DNA of 34,277 nt. Origin: Luminiphilus sp. (lineage in GTDB: Bacteria > Planctomycetota > UBA1135 > UBA2386). The notes below the pieces were generated by a model. The model was not told the origin of the DNA. It made no database searches and saw nothing but the letters and a program-made list of their open reading frames with translations. Position 1 is the first letter of the stretch. Each line of letters starts with the position of its first letter. The DNA is taken from positions 1-34,277 of the forward strand of contig JBERSB010000259.1 of the NCBI GenBank assembly GCA_041236755.1, in the 5' to 3' direction. Positions 16,341 to 24,897 of this stretch are shown piece by piece. The position numbers were made by a program, and so were the translations under genes.

Positions 16341-18374
16341 TCAGCGGCCGCCTGCGGACTCGTCCGTAGCCGCCTTCTCGGCGGCTTCGAGCGCCTGCAG
16401 GAACGCCGTCGCGGTCGCGTTGCCGCGGTCGAGCTCCAGCACGCGGCGGAAGGCGGCCATCGCCGGCCCCGGCCGCGCCGAGAAGCGCATGTTGTAGCCG
16501 AGCAGCAGCTTGGCCCAGGCGTCGTAGGGCTTGTCCGAGCAGTAGCGCTGCAGCGCTTCGACCTGCGCGTCGAACTCGCTCGCGTCCTCGTAGAAGCCGC
16601 GCTTGTCGGTCTCGGCCGTGACGATCGCGGGCTCGAGCCGGACGGCCTCGGTGACGAGGAAGGCGGCGTAGTGGTAGTCGCCGTTGGCGAACACGGCGTC
16701 GGCCAGCACGAGGTGCACCGAGGCGTCCTCGGGGAGCAGGTTGCGGGCCTTGGCGTAGGCTTCGGCCGCGTCGTCGTAGCGGCCCGCGCGGAAGTAGAAG
16801 TCGCCGAGCTCGACGTACTTGTCGGCGAGCGCCTCGGTCTCGGGCGCCGGCCCTGCCGGCGCAGCACCGGCCGCGACGAGCACCTCGGTGCTGCCGCCGT
16901 CGACCGGCTCGAGCGGCGACTCCTCGACGACGACCACGCTGCTCGGCACGTAGAGGTAGGTCGGGCAGTAGGTCGTGGTCGGGTACCACCAGTAGCTGGC
17001 CGGCAGCGCGTTCGGGACCGACCAGCCGGTCCAGTAGGCCGATTGGTAGCACGTGTTCCAGTAGGACGTGTGCCACGCGTAGTAGGGCGCGAGCACGCCG
17101 ACGTTCCAGCACCACGGGTTGAAGCCGTTCCAGCCCCAGCCGCACAGGCTCCATCGCGACGCCCAGCCGTAGCCGAACGGCGTGTAGCACCCCGCACCCC
17201 AGCCGCCGAAGCTGTTGCAGCACCAGTTGTTGTTCCAGCCCCAGGTGTTGCCCCAGACGCCGCCGAAGGTCGTCCTCCGCGTCCCGGTCGACCAGCCGTA
17301 GCCGACGAACGAACCCGCGCGGGGCGACGTCGTCGCGTAGCCGGCCGGCGCGCCCAGCCGCGGCGCGCCCACGCTCGGCGTGGCGTAGGTGTTGGTCGTC
17401 GCGATCGCGCTCGAGCTGACGCGCCGCGCCTCGAGGCGTCCGGCGTCGGCTGCAGGCGAAGGCCGCCGCGTCGCGCGGGGCGCCTCGCGGCCGGCGTCGC
17501 GGGGGAGGTAGCGCTCGCGGATCGGCGCCGTCGACGCGCGTGTGCCGCGCGTCGGGCGTGCGGTGTCGGGCGTCGTGCCGTAGCGGCGCGTCGTGCGGTT
17601 GGTGTTGCTGTTGTTCGGGCGCAGGCCGCTCGTCGCGCCCGCCCCCGAGCGCCCGTCCGTCGTGGGGGTCTTCGTGGTCCGGGTGGTCGCGCGCACGTCG
17701 GACGCGCGGCTGCTGCCCGGCGCGTAGCGCGACCTCGAGCTGCTGCTCGACGGCGTCCTCGTGGACCGCGTGGTGCTGCTGGTGTCCGCCGCGCGGCCCG
17801 TGGTGCGCGGGGCGTAGCGGGACGACGAGCCGCGCGTCGACGGCGTGCGCGTCGGGCGGGTGATGGTGCGCGCGTCGCTGGAGCTGCTGGTTCGCGGCGT
17901 GTAGCGCGAGCTGCTGCTGCTGCGCGGCGGGGACGTGCGGCTCGGAGACGTGCGCGCGGACGAACTCGTGTCCGCCGAGCTGCTGCTGCCCGGGGCGTAG
18001 CGGCTGGGCGTCCGCGTCGTGCGGACGCGGCTCGCAGAGCTGCGTGTCGTCGGCCGGGTCGTCACGCGCGACGGCGAAGGCGTCGTGGTGGGGGTCGTCG
18101 CGCGGCTGGGCGCGGGTCGCGAGACGCGGCTCGGCGCGCGCGTCGTGGACGAGCGCGTCGTGCTCGGGGTGCGGGTGGGCGCGGGCCGCGTCACCCGCGG
18201 TGTCGGGCGGCTGGGAGCCGGGCGCGAGACCCGAGGTGCGGGGCGGCTCGGGGCGGGGCGCGTGACCGAGGGCCGCGGGCTGGGCCGGGACGGCGTGCTG
18301 CGTCGCTGTGCGGTCAGCGACGCGCCGATCATCAGGCCGAGCAGCGCGATCAGGAGGGGTCGTAGGTTCGTCAT
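16341..18374 (-). CDS. secreted protein: Arg/Ser/Thr/Pro-rich disordered region, Trp/Tyr/Gly/Asn-rich segment, C-terminal TPRs
   Basis: GAGGA RBS; signal peptide ending SLTA-Q; over 300 aa of low complexity; aromatic block; TPRs (LGDFYFRAGRYDDAAEAYAKA, LADAVFANGDYHYAA). Confidence 0.85.
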   Translation of the reverse strand: MTNLRPLLIALLGLMIGASLTAQRRSTPSRPSPRPSVTRPAPSRPAPRVSRPAPSRPTPRVTRPAPTRTPSTTRSSTTRAPSRVSRPAPSRATTPTTTPSPSRVTTRPTTRSSASRVRTTRTPSRYAPGSSSSADTSSSARTSPSRTSPPRSSSSSRYTPRTSSSSDARTITRPTRTPSTRGSSSRYAPRTTGRAADTSSTTRSTRTPSSSSSRSRYAPGSSRASDVRATTRTTKTPTTDGRSGAGATSGLRPNNSNTNRTTRRYGTTPDTARPTRGTRASTAPIRERYLPRDAGREAPRATRRPSPAADAGRLEARRVSSSAIATTNTYATPSVGAPRLGAPAGYATTSPRAGSFVGYGWSTGTRRTTFGGVWGNTWGWNNNWCCNSFGGWGAGCYTPFGYGWASRWSLCGWGWNGFNPWCWNVGVLAPYYAWHTSYWNTCYQSAYWTGWSVPNALPASYWWYPTTTYCPTYLYVPSSVVVVEESPLEPVDGGSTEVLVAAGAAPAGPAPETEALADKYVELGDFYFRAGRYDDAAEAYAKARNLLPEDASVHLVLADAVFANGDYHYAAFLVTEAVRLEPAIVTAETDKRGFYEDASEFDAQVEALQRYCSDKPYDAWAKLLLGYNMRFSARPGPAMAAFRRVLELDRGNATATAFLQALEAAEKAATDESAGGR
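17718..18003 (-). repeat. intragenic repeats encoding SRY(A/T)P four times
   Basis: SRYAPGSSSSAD, SRYTPRTSSSSD, SRYAPRTTGRAAD and SRYAPGSSRASD at about 30-aa spacing; further (S/T)RPAP(S/T)R repeats nearer the N-terminus. Confidence 0.7.
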
Positions 18375-18409
18375 GGGTTCCTCGTGGAGAGGTCGTCAGG
18401 CGCCAGCGA

Positions 18410-18425
18410 TGCAACAAGGATACCG
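18410..18425 (-). promoter_or_regulatory. candidate sigma54 (-24/-12) promoter
   Basis: Minus strand CGGTATCCTTGTTGCA = GG-N10-GC with TTGCA at -12, about 35 nt upstream of ATG 18374. Confidence 0.5.
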
Positions 18426-18475
18426 CGCGGGATATCTTCCTCGCTCGTTGTGTCCGAAGGACTTCGGTCGCAATA

Positions 18476-18491
18476 ATACGTTCGAACGTAT
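18476..18491. promoter_or_regulatory. perfect 16-bp palindrome, candidate transcription-factor site
   Basis: ATACGTTCGAACGTAT is its own reverse complement and lies in an AT-richer divergent intergenic region. Confidence 0.55.
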
Positions 18492-18585
18492 CAAATCGTC
18501 GCTCCCGGGGGCGGGCTGTCTCGTCGTCGCTACACGCGGCGGCAGGCCCAAGACAGCGCGCAACGGCGGCCGACGTTCTGCAGAC

Positions 18586-19233
18586 ATGGCCCATCGATCG
18601 CCGAACCCGACCGGCAGCGCCGATCCGACCGCGCCGAAGTCCCGCTTGCTGGGCGCGCCGCTGCGCACCTTCTTCCGCGGGCTCGCCGCGATCCTGCCGC
18701 TCGCCCTGACCGGATCGCTGATCACCTGGGCGGTGGTCAGCGGAGAGACGCTGCTGCGCAACGTCATCCTGCTGTGGCTGCCCGAGGAGCAGTACTGGCC
18801 CGGCATGGGCTTCGTCCTGTCGATCGCCCTCGTGTTCGTCACGGGCCTGCTGCTCTACTCCTTCGTGGCGCGCCGGCTCTACCGGGCGTTCACCGCGCTC
18901 TTGGAGCGGATCCCGGTCGTCAAGTCGATCTACGGCATGTTCGTCGACGTCGCCCGGCTGGTCGCGAGCGGCGAGGAGAAGCCGTTCAAGCAGGTCGTCA
19001 TGGTGCGGCTGCCCGAGGGCCTGGAGCTGATCGGGTTCCTCACGCGGGACCGCTTCGACGACCACCCCGACGTCGGCGAGGACAAGTTGGCCGTCTACCT
19101 GCCGATGAGCTACCAGCTCGGCGGCTTCACCGTGATCGTGTCGGCGGACAACGTGCGCGCGCTCTCGATGACGGTCGAGGAGGCGCTGCGGTTCTGCGTC
19201 ACGGCGGGCGTCTCGCGGGCCGAGGAAGTCTGA
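18586..19233 (+). CDS. DUF502 family membrane protein
   Basis: FFRGLAAILPLALT, two TM helices, LERIPVVKSIY, FKQVVMV, IGFLT, VYLPMSYQLGGF, MTVEEALRF. Confidence 0.9.
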   Translation: MAHRSPNPTGSADPTAPKSRLLGAPLRTFFRGLAAILPLALTGSLITWAVVSGETLLRNVILLWLPEEQYWPGMGFVLSIALVFVTGLLLYSFVARRLYRAFTALLERIPVVKSIYGMFVDVARLVASGEEKPFKQVVMVRLPEGLELIGFLTRDRFDDHPDVGEDKLAVYLPMSYQLGGFTVIVSADNVRALSMTVEEALRFCVTAGVSRAEEV

Positions 19234-19281
19234 GCGGGGGCGCGCAGACGGCGCCGAGTGCGTAAGATCAGCGGTCCCACC

Positions 19282-22182
19282 ATGCGGACCCCTCACGCTG
19301 TAGCCGTTTCGTTCCTGAGCGCCGCTGCGCTCGTCGCCCAGAAGCCGTCGTGGCCCTACTCGATGGACTTCGGGCCGTGCCTGATGACCACCTTCGCGGG
19401 CAACGGGCTGTGCGGCGACGTCGACAAAGGGCTCGTCGTGCGGCTCGGCGACGCGGGCGCGGTCGCCTTCGACACGGAGCTGCTGCGCATGGCGGTCGCC
19501 TGGACCGACGGCTGGCTGACGCTGCGCGGCACCGCCTACGACGGCAGCCACGGTCCGTTCCCGTCGCGGCGCGGCCTGGCGCTCGCCGAGACCCGCGTCG
19601 GCCCCGGCTGGTACCGCGGCGACGCCAAGGCAGACCCTCGGCCGATCCCGCACGGCCCGCTGCCGACCGACTGGGGGCGCTACGGCGGCTACCGTCGCGT
19701 CGGTGACCAGGTCCTCGTCGACTACCGCGTCGGCGACATGGACGTGACCGAGCACTACGCGCTCGAGCAGCGGGCTCTCCCCGTACTGCTGCGCACGCTC
19801 GAGCTCGGCCCGTCGGCGACGGCGCAGACCATGGTCGTGCTCGACGGCCCGGCAGGCTGCACGGGCGCGTCCGTGACGCAGGACGGCACGCGTATGGCCG
19901 TGCTCAACTGGACGCCGAAGCGCGCGGGCAAGGTCGAGTACGAGGGCACGACGGCTGGTTGGGACCGGCTCTCGCTCGGGGCGCCTTCGTCGTCGGACGT
20001 CGTCGGCGAGACCGCCAAGATCTCGTTCGTCGCCGGCATGGCGACCGCGCACGGCAAGTCGCAGCAGGACCTGACGGTCCCTGCGCTGAGCGACGGCCAG
20101 GGTGCTGCCAACGAGGACGACTGGAAGGGCAGCGTCTGGTTCGACAAGCACAAGGTCGGCAACCGCAACATCGACCACGGCCGCTACCTGGTCGAGCTCG
20201 ACGCGGCCGCGGACGTGACGCGTATCCACACCTACTCGTGGCACAAGAGCCAGCGCGCGGTCCAGAAGTACGTCGTCTACGGCAGCGACGGCGCGGACCC
20301 GGCCGCCGAGGACCTCGGCAAGGCCGGCTGGAAGCGCATCGCGCAGGTCGACAGCAGCAGGCTCGGCCGCGGCGACAAGCATGTGGTCGCGATCTCCGAT
20401 CCCGCGGGGCTCGGGAAGTTCCGTCACCTGCTGTTCGACGCCAAGGACGGCGGCACGTTCTTCTCGGAGATCGACGTCTACGCGGGCGAGGCCCGCGCGA
20501 AGATCGACACCGACGGCCGGCCTTCGGAGCGGCTGGTCGCGGTCGCGCACGGCGACGCCGGTCCGGCGCTGGAGACCGAGGGCGAGCGGGTCGTGCTGCG
20601 CGTCCCGCCGCACGACCAGACGATGCGCGTGCAGCTCGCCGTCGCGGCCGGTCAAGCCGGCGCGCAGCTCGGCACGCTGACGATCGACCTGATGAAGCCG
20701 CGCCGCGTCGCGGCGTTGCCCGACGGACCGGCTGCGCCGCGCTGGGGTGCGCCAATCGTCACCAAGGGCGCGCTCGGCGACGACGACGGGCCGTTCGCCG
20801 TGGACACCGTCACGATCCCGTTCGAGAACCCCTACGGCTCGCGCATGCGCACGGGGGCGTTCGACTTCTTCTCCGACGGCCGCGCCGCGGTGTCGACGTG
20901 GAACGGCGACGTCTGGCTCGTCTCGGGCATCGACGAGGACCTCGACCGCCTGGAGTGGCGCCGGTTCGCGACGGGGCTGTTCGACCCGCTCGGCCTGCGC
21001 ATCGTGGACGACGTCGTCTACGTGCACGGCCGCGACGGGCTCACGCGCCTGATCGACACCGACGACGACGGTGAGGCGGACCGCTACGAGAACTTCAACA
21101 ACCAGGTCTACATCACGCCCGCGTTCCACGAGTTCGCGTTCGACCTGCAGACCGACGCCGACGGCAACTTCTACTTCAGCAAGGGCGCGCCGGTGAACCC
21201 GGGCGGCCGCGGCTTCATGAAGATCGTCCCGCACCACGGCACGATCCTGAAGGTCAGCAAGGACGGGGACACGATCGAGGCGGTCGCGACCGGGATGCGG
21301 GCGCCCAACGGCATCGGCGTGTCCCCGACCGGCGTGCTGACCAGCGGCGACAACGAGGGCACCTACATGCCGCGCTGCCGCCTCAACTGGATCGAGGAGG
21401 CCGGGTTCTACGCGGGCGTCAAGGACACCGCGCACCGCTCGCCGGTGCCCGACCAGCCGGACCTGCCGCTTTGCTGGATGCCGATGGACATCGACAACTC
21501 GAGCGGCGGCCAGGTGTGGGTCACCGGCGCGGGTTGGGGCGACCTGCAGGGCCACCTGCTGCACAACTCCTACGGGAAGTGCTCGACCTACCTGGTGCTG
21601 CCCGAGCGCGTCAACGGCCGCATGCAGGGCGGCGTCGTGCGGCTGCCCGCCAACTACACGTCGAGCGCGATGCGCGGCCGCTTCTCGCCGATCGACGGTC
21701 AACTCTACACGATCGGCCTCAAGGGCTGGCAGACCTCGGCAGCGCGCGAGGGCGGCTTCCACCGCGTGCGGCGCACCAACAAGCCGCTCGACCTGCCGCT
21801 CGCGCTGAGCACCTGCGACGAGGGCGTCTACCTGACGTTCTCGACGCCCGTCGACGCCGAGCTGGGCGCCGACCCCGAGAGCTACGGCGTCGAGGTCTGG
21901 AACTACCTCTACTCGCAGAACTACGGCTCGCCGGAGCTCTCGGTGCTCGAGCCCGAGCGCAAGCGCGAGCAGGGCAAGGAGAACCGCGACCCGCTCGAGG
22001 TCGTGTCCGCGACGCTGTCGAGCGATCGCCGCACGGTGTTCCTCGCGATCAAGGGCATGCGCCCCGTGCACCAGATGAAGATCACCTGGGACCTCGACAC
22101 CGAGGACGGCCGCGCGCTGCGCGGCGCGCTGCACAACTCGATCCACTCGCTGCAGAAGAACCCGGGGTTCCCGAAGAAGTAG
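19282..22182 (+). CDS. large secreted protein: DUF6797-like N-terminus, discoidin-like insert, glucose/sorbosone dehydrogenase-like beta-propeller
   Basis: Signal peptide ending LVA-Q; MDFGP...FDTELLR...GSHG; propeller motifs FATGLFDPLGL, LIDTDDDGEADRYE, ATGMRAPNGIG, GDNEG, RGRFSPIDGQLY. Family names recalled from memory, not searched. Confidence 0.75.
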   Translation: MRTPHAVAVSFLSAAALVAQKPSWPYSMDFGPCLMTTFAGNGLCGDVDKGLVVRLGDAGAVAFDTELLRMAVAWTDGWLTLRGTAYDGSHGPFPSRRGLALAETRVGPGWYRGDAKADPRPIPHGPLPTDWGRYGGYRRVGDQVLVDYRVGDMDVTEHYALEQRALPVLLRTLELGPSATAQTMVVLDGPAGCTGASVTQDGTRMAVLNWTPKRAGKVEYEGTTAGWDRLSLGAPSSSDVVGETAKISFVAGMATAHGKSQQDLTVPALSDGQGAANEDDWKGSVWFDKHKVGNRNIDHGRYLVELDAAADVTRIHTYSWHKSQRAVQKYVVYGSDGADPAAEDLGKAGWKRIAQVDSSRLGRGDKHVVAISDPAGLGKFRHLLFDAKDGGTFFSEIDVYAGEARAKIDTDGRPSERLVAVAHGDAGPALETEGERVVLRVPPHDQTMRVQLAVAAGQAGAQLGTLTIDLMKPRRVAALPDGPAAPRWGAPIVTKGALGDDDGPFAVDTVTIPFENPYGSRMRTGAFDFFSDGRAAVSTWNGDVWLVSGIDEDLDRLEWRRFATGLFDPLGLRIVDDVVYVHGRDGLTRLIDTDDDGEADRYENFNNQVYITPAFHEFAFDLQTDADGNFYFSKGAPVNPGGRGFMKIVPHHGTILKVSKDGDTIEAVATGMRAPNGIGVSPTGVLTSGDNEGTYMPRCRLNWIEEAGFYAGVKDTAHRSPVPDQPDLPLCWMPMDIDNSSGGQVWVTGAGWGDLQGHLLHNSYGKCSTYLVLPERVNGRMQGGVVRLPANYTSSAMRGRFSPIDGQLYTIGLKGWQTSAAREGGFHRVRRTNKPLDLPLALSTCDEGVYLTFSTPVDAELGADPESYGVEVWNYLYSQNYGSPELSVLEPERKREQGKENRDPLEVVSATLSSDRRTVFLAIKGMRPVHQMKITWDLDTEDGRALRGALHNSIHSLQKNPGFPKK

Positions 22183-22188
22183 AGGCAG

Positions 22189-24240
22189 ATGCGCGTCCGG
22201 AGTTCGTTGGCGCTCGGCTGGCTGCTGGCGGTCACGGTGTTGACCTCCGCAGGCTTCGAGCAGGTCTCCGCGGAGCCGTCGCCGGCCCGCGGCTCGATGG
22301 CGCGCGGCGCCAAGGTGACGTTCGCGGCCTCGCGCGGCGGCAAGGTCACGCACAGCCAGCGGGCGCGACTGCTCTCGCTCGCCGTGGAGCGCGGCGAGAC
22401 GCCGACGCCGTACCTGCCCGCGGGCGCGTTCACGGCGACGGTCGACGCGGTGGTGACGCTGCCGGCGCGCGACCGCATGAAGTTCCGCGTCGACGGCCGC
22501 GGCAACGTCACGCTGCGCGTCAACGGCAAGACCGTGCTCGACGGCCGCATGCGCGGCCGCGACCCGCTCGAGACCGAGAAGGCGGTCCGCCTCAAGAAGG
22601 GCGAGAACGACCTGCAGGTCGTCTTCGAGAGCGCCGCGCGCGGTGACGGCGAGCTGCGGGTCTTCTGGTCCGGTTACGACTTCGGCTTCGAGCCGATCGC
22701 GCCGGAGCTGTTGAGCTACCCCGCGGACGACGAGGCCGTCGTCGCCGGCGAACAGCTCCGCCGCGGCCACGCGCTGTTCGTCGAACGCCGCTGCGCGCGC
22801 TGCCACGACTACGACGAGCTGCGCGTGAGCGAGTCGGCCTACCTGGAGCTCGACCGCGCCGGCCCCGATCTGCGCCGGGTGGCGTCGCGGGCGCGTCCCG
22901 GTTGGCTGGCCAAGTGGATGCGCGATCCGCACGCGGTGCGTCCGGACGCGACCATGCCCAGGATGCCGCTCTCGGACTCCGACGCCGACGACGTCGCGGT
23001 CTACCTCAGCGGCCTCGGCGAACCTGCGCCGGCGATCGCGTTCACGGACGCCCAGCGCGAGGTGGGTGCGGCCCGCTTCCGCGAGCTCGGCTGCGTCGCG
23101 TGCCACACCCGCACCGACGAGTCGGCAGAGGACGCCGCGATCGGCGACCGCATCCGGCTGCAGTTCGTCGAGGAGAAGTGGCACCCCGCGGCGCTCGTCG
23201 CCTACCTGCAAGAGCCGAGCGCGCACTACCCCGGCGTGCGCATGCCCGACCTCGAGGTCTCGGCCGAGGACGCCGCGGGGCTCGCGGCCTACCTGCTCGC
23301 GTCGGCGCGGGAGCTGTCCGCGCCCAAGGGTGACGCCAAGAAGGGCCGTCGCCTCGTGCAGAAGCACGGCTGCGCGACCTGCCACGCGTTCCACGACGAC
23401 ATCCCCCCTGCGGTCCGCTTGTTCCCGCGCTACCGCAACCTGAAGCCCGAGCGCGGCTGCCTCGCCGACGAGGCCGGTGGCGAGGCGCCGTACTTCGACC
23501 TGGACGCCGACGAGCTCGCGGCCCTGCGGGCGTTCCTGCCCCACGCTGGCGAAGCGCCGTTCCGCACGGCCCCGCTCGACTACATCGCGCGGCACTACAC
23601 CATGGAGCGTTGCGTCGCCTGCCACGCGCTCGACGCGTCGCCGTCGACCTGGGCGCAGCTCGCAGAGCGCTGGTCCGAGGACGAGCCGCTGCCGCCCGAA
23701 CAGGACCCTGCAGCGCAGGGCCTGCCGTCGCTCACGTGGGTCGGCAGCAAGCTGCAGCCCAGCTGGATCCGTTCGTTCGTGACCGGCCAGTTGCCGTCGC
23801 CGCGGCCCTGGCTGACGGCGCGCATGCCGAACTTCGAGCGGCACGGCAGAGCGATCACCGACGGGCTGGTGCGCGAGCACGGCTACGGCTCCAAGGACGA
23901 GCCGATCCTCGCGGGCAAGGCCAACCTCTCGGTGCACGGCCAGCGTCTGCTGGCCCAGGGCACGGGCTTCGGATGCGTGCAGTGCCACGCCGTCGGAGAC
24001 CAGAAGGCCACGCAGGTCTTCGAACGTGAGGGCATCAACCTGCTGACCGCGCGCGGCCGCCTGCGGCACGAGTACTACACCCGCTGGCTCGCGGATCCGA
24101 CCAGGCTCGATCCGGACGCGCGCATGCCGAAGTACGCCGACGACAACGGCAAGACGGCGTTCACCGACGTGCTCGGTGGCAAGGCTACAGACCAGTTCGA
24201 AGCGATCTGGCAGTTCCTGGGCGACAAGACGCGCAGGTGA
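22189..24240 (+). CDS. pentaheme c-type cytochrome with N-terminal PA14-like domain
   Basis: Five CxxCH motifs: CARCH (22792), CVACH (23092), CATCH (23371), CVACH (23611), CVQCH (23974). Signal peptide; VTLRVNGKTVL...VRLKKGEN...LRVFWSG (PA14-like). Confidence 0.9.
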   Translation: MRVRSSLALGWLLAVTVLTSAGFEQVSAEPSPARGSMARGAKVTFAASRGGKVTHSQRARLLSLAVERGETPTPYLPAGAFTATVDAVVTLPARDRMKFRVDGRGNVTLRVNGKTVLDGRMRGRDPLETEKAVRLKKGENDLQVVFESAARGDGELRVFWSGYDFGFEPIAPELLSYPADDEAVVAGEQLRRGHALFVERRCARCHDYDELRVSESAYLELDRAGPDLRRVASRARPGWLAKWMRDPHAVRPDATMPRMPLSDSDADDVAVYLSGLGEPAPAIAFTDAQREVGAARFRELGCVACHTRTDESAEDAAIGDRIRLQFVEEKWHPAALVAYLQEPSAHYPGVRMPDLEVSAEDAAGLAAYLLASARELSAPKGDAKKGRRLVQKHGCATCHAFHDDIPPAVRLFPRYRNLKPERGCLADEAGGEAPYFDLDADELAALRAFLPHAGEAPFRTAPLDYIARHYTMERCVACHALDASPSTWAQLAERWSEDEPLPPEQDPAAQGLPSLTWVGSKLQPSWIRSFVTGQLPSPRPWLTARMPNFERHGRAITDGLVREHGYGSKDEPILAGKANLSVHGQRLLAQGTGFGCVQCHAVGDQKATQVFEREGINLLTARGRLRHEYYTRWLADPTRLDPDARMPKYADDNGKTAFTDVLGGKATDQFEAIWQFLGDKTRR

Positions 24241-24884
24241 GCGACGAGCTCGCAGCGCTCGGGGTCGATGTCACGGACGAGGAAGACTCCGGCCTCGTGC
24301 TGCGCTCCGAGCACCGCGACTGGTTGCTGTCGGTGTTCCGCACATTCTCGCTGCGCGCCGAGGCGCACGGCCCGCACCTGCGCGTCGCGACCAGGGACCG
24401 CGCCCAGGTGACGCGCATCGTGGGCGCAGCGCTCGCACCCCAAGCCCTCTTGTTCGATCTGGACGGAGTGCTCGCCGACCTGTCGCGTCGCCGCCCCCTC
24501 GCCGCGGCAGACGACCTCGCAGCGCTGGCGCGCGACCACGGGGTCGGGGTCGTGACCACGTGCCCACGCCGACTCGCTGAGTCGGTGCTCGAGCGCTACG
24601 GGTTCCTGGCGCACGTCGGCGCTGTGGTCGGCAGCGAGGACGGCCCGTGCAAGCCCGACCCCGCGCCGGTGCGCCTCGCGATGGAGCGGCTCGGCGTCGA
24701 GCGCGCGTGGATGCTCGGCGACAACCCGAGCGACGTGACCGCGGCGCGCGGCGCGCAGGCGGTGCCGTTCGCCGTGACGCCGCTAGGCATCGGCGCCGAG
24801 TCGCACCTCGCGCGGCTGCGCGGCGCGGGCGCGGTGAGGTTCGTCGACGGCGTCGCGGAGCTGCGCGCGCTGCGCGGGGCGTAG
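24237..24884 (+). CDS. HAD-superfamily hydrolase with short N-terminal extension
   Basis: Motif I LLFDLDGVLAD, motif II VVTT, motif III KPDP, motif IV GDNPSD. GTGA overlap with the cytochrome gene. Confidence 0.85.
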   Translation: MSDELAALGVDVTDEEDSGLVLRSEHRDWLLSVFRTFSLRAEAHGPHLRVATRDRAQVTRIVGAALAPQALLFDLDGVLADLSRRRPLAAADDLAALARDHGVGVVTTCPRRLAESVLERYGFLAHVGAVVGSEDGPCKPDPAPVRLAMERLGVERAWMLGDNPSDVTAARGAQAVPFAVTPLGIGAESHLARLRGAGAVRFVDGVAELRALRGA

Positions 24885-24897
24885 CGCGCTGCTGCGG

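Noticed and set aside
16286-17197. Apparent N-terminal extensions of the acyl-CoA dehydrogenase, hemY (to 33715), TtpC-like (from 9633) and DUF502 (from 18019) ORFs
   Set aside because: They overlap neighbouring genes in other frames. Family similarity starts at the downstream ATGs, so these are not fusions.
17500-18310. Repetitive DNA considered as a CRISPR array or tandem repeat element
   Set aside because: Repeats are degenerate, in frame and conserved at the protein level; no constant repeat with unique spacers and no cas genes.
16249-24069. 2606-aa minus-strand ORF
   Set aside because: Antisense or off-frame to well-supported genes, Arg/Ala-rich with no motifs; expected from stop-codon scarcity at high GC.
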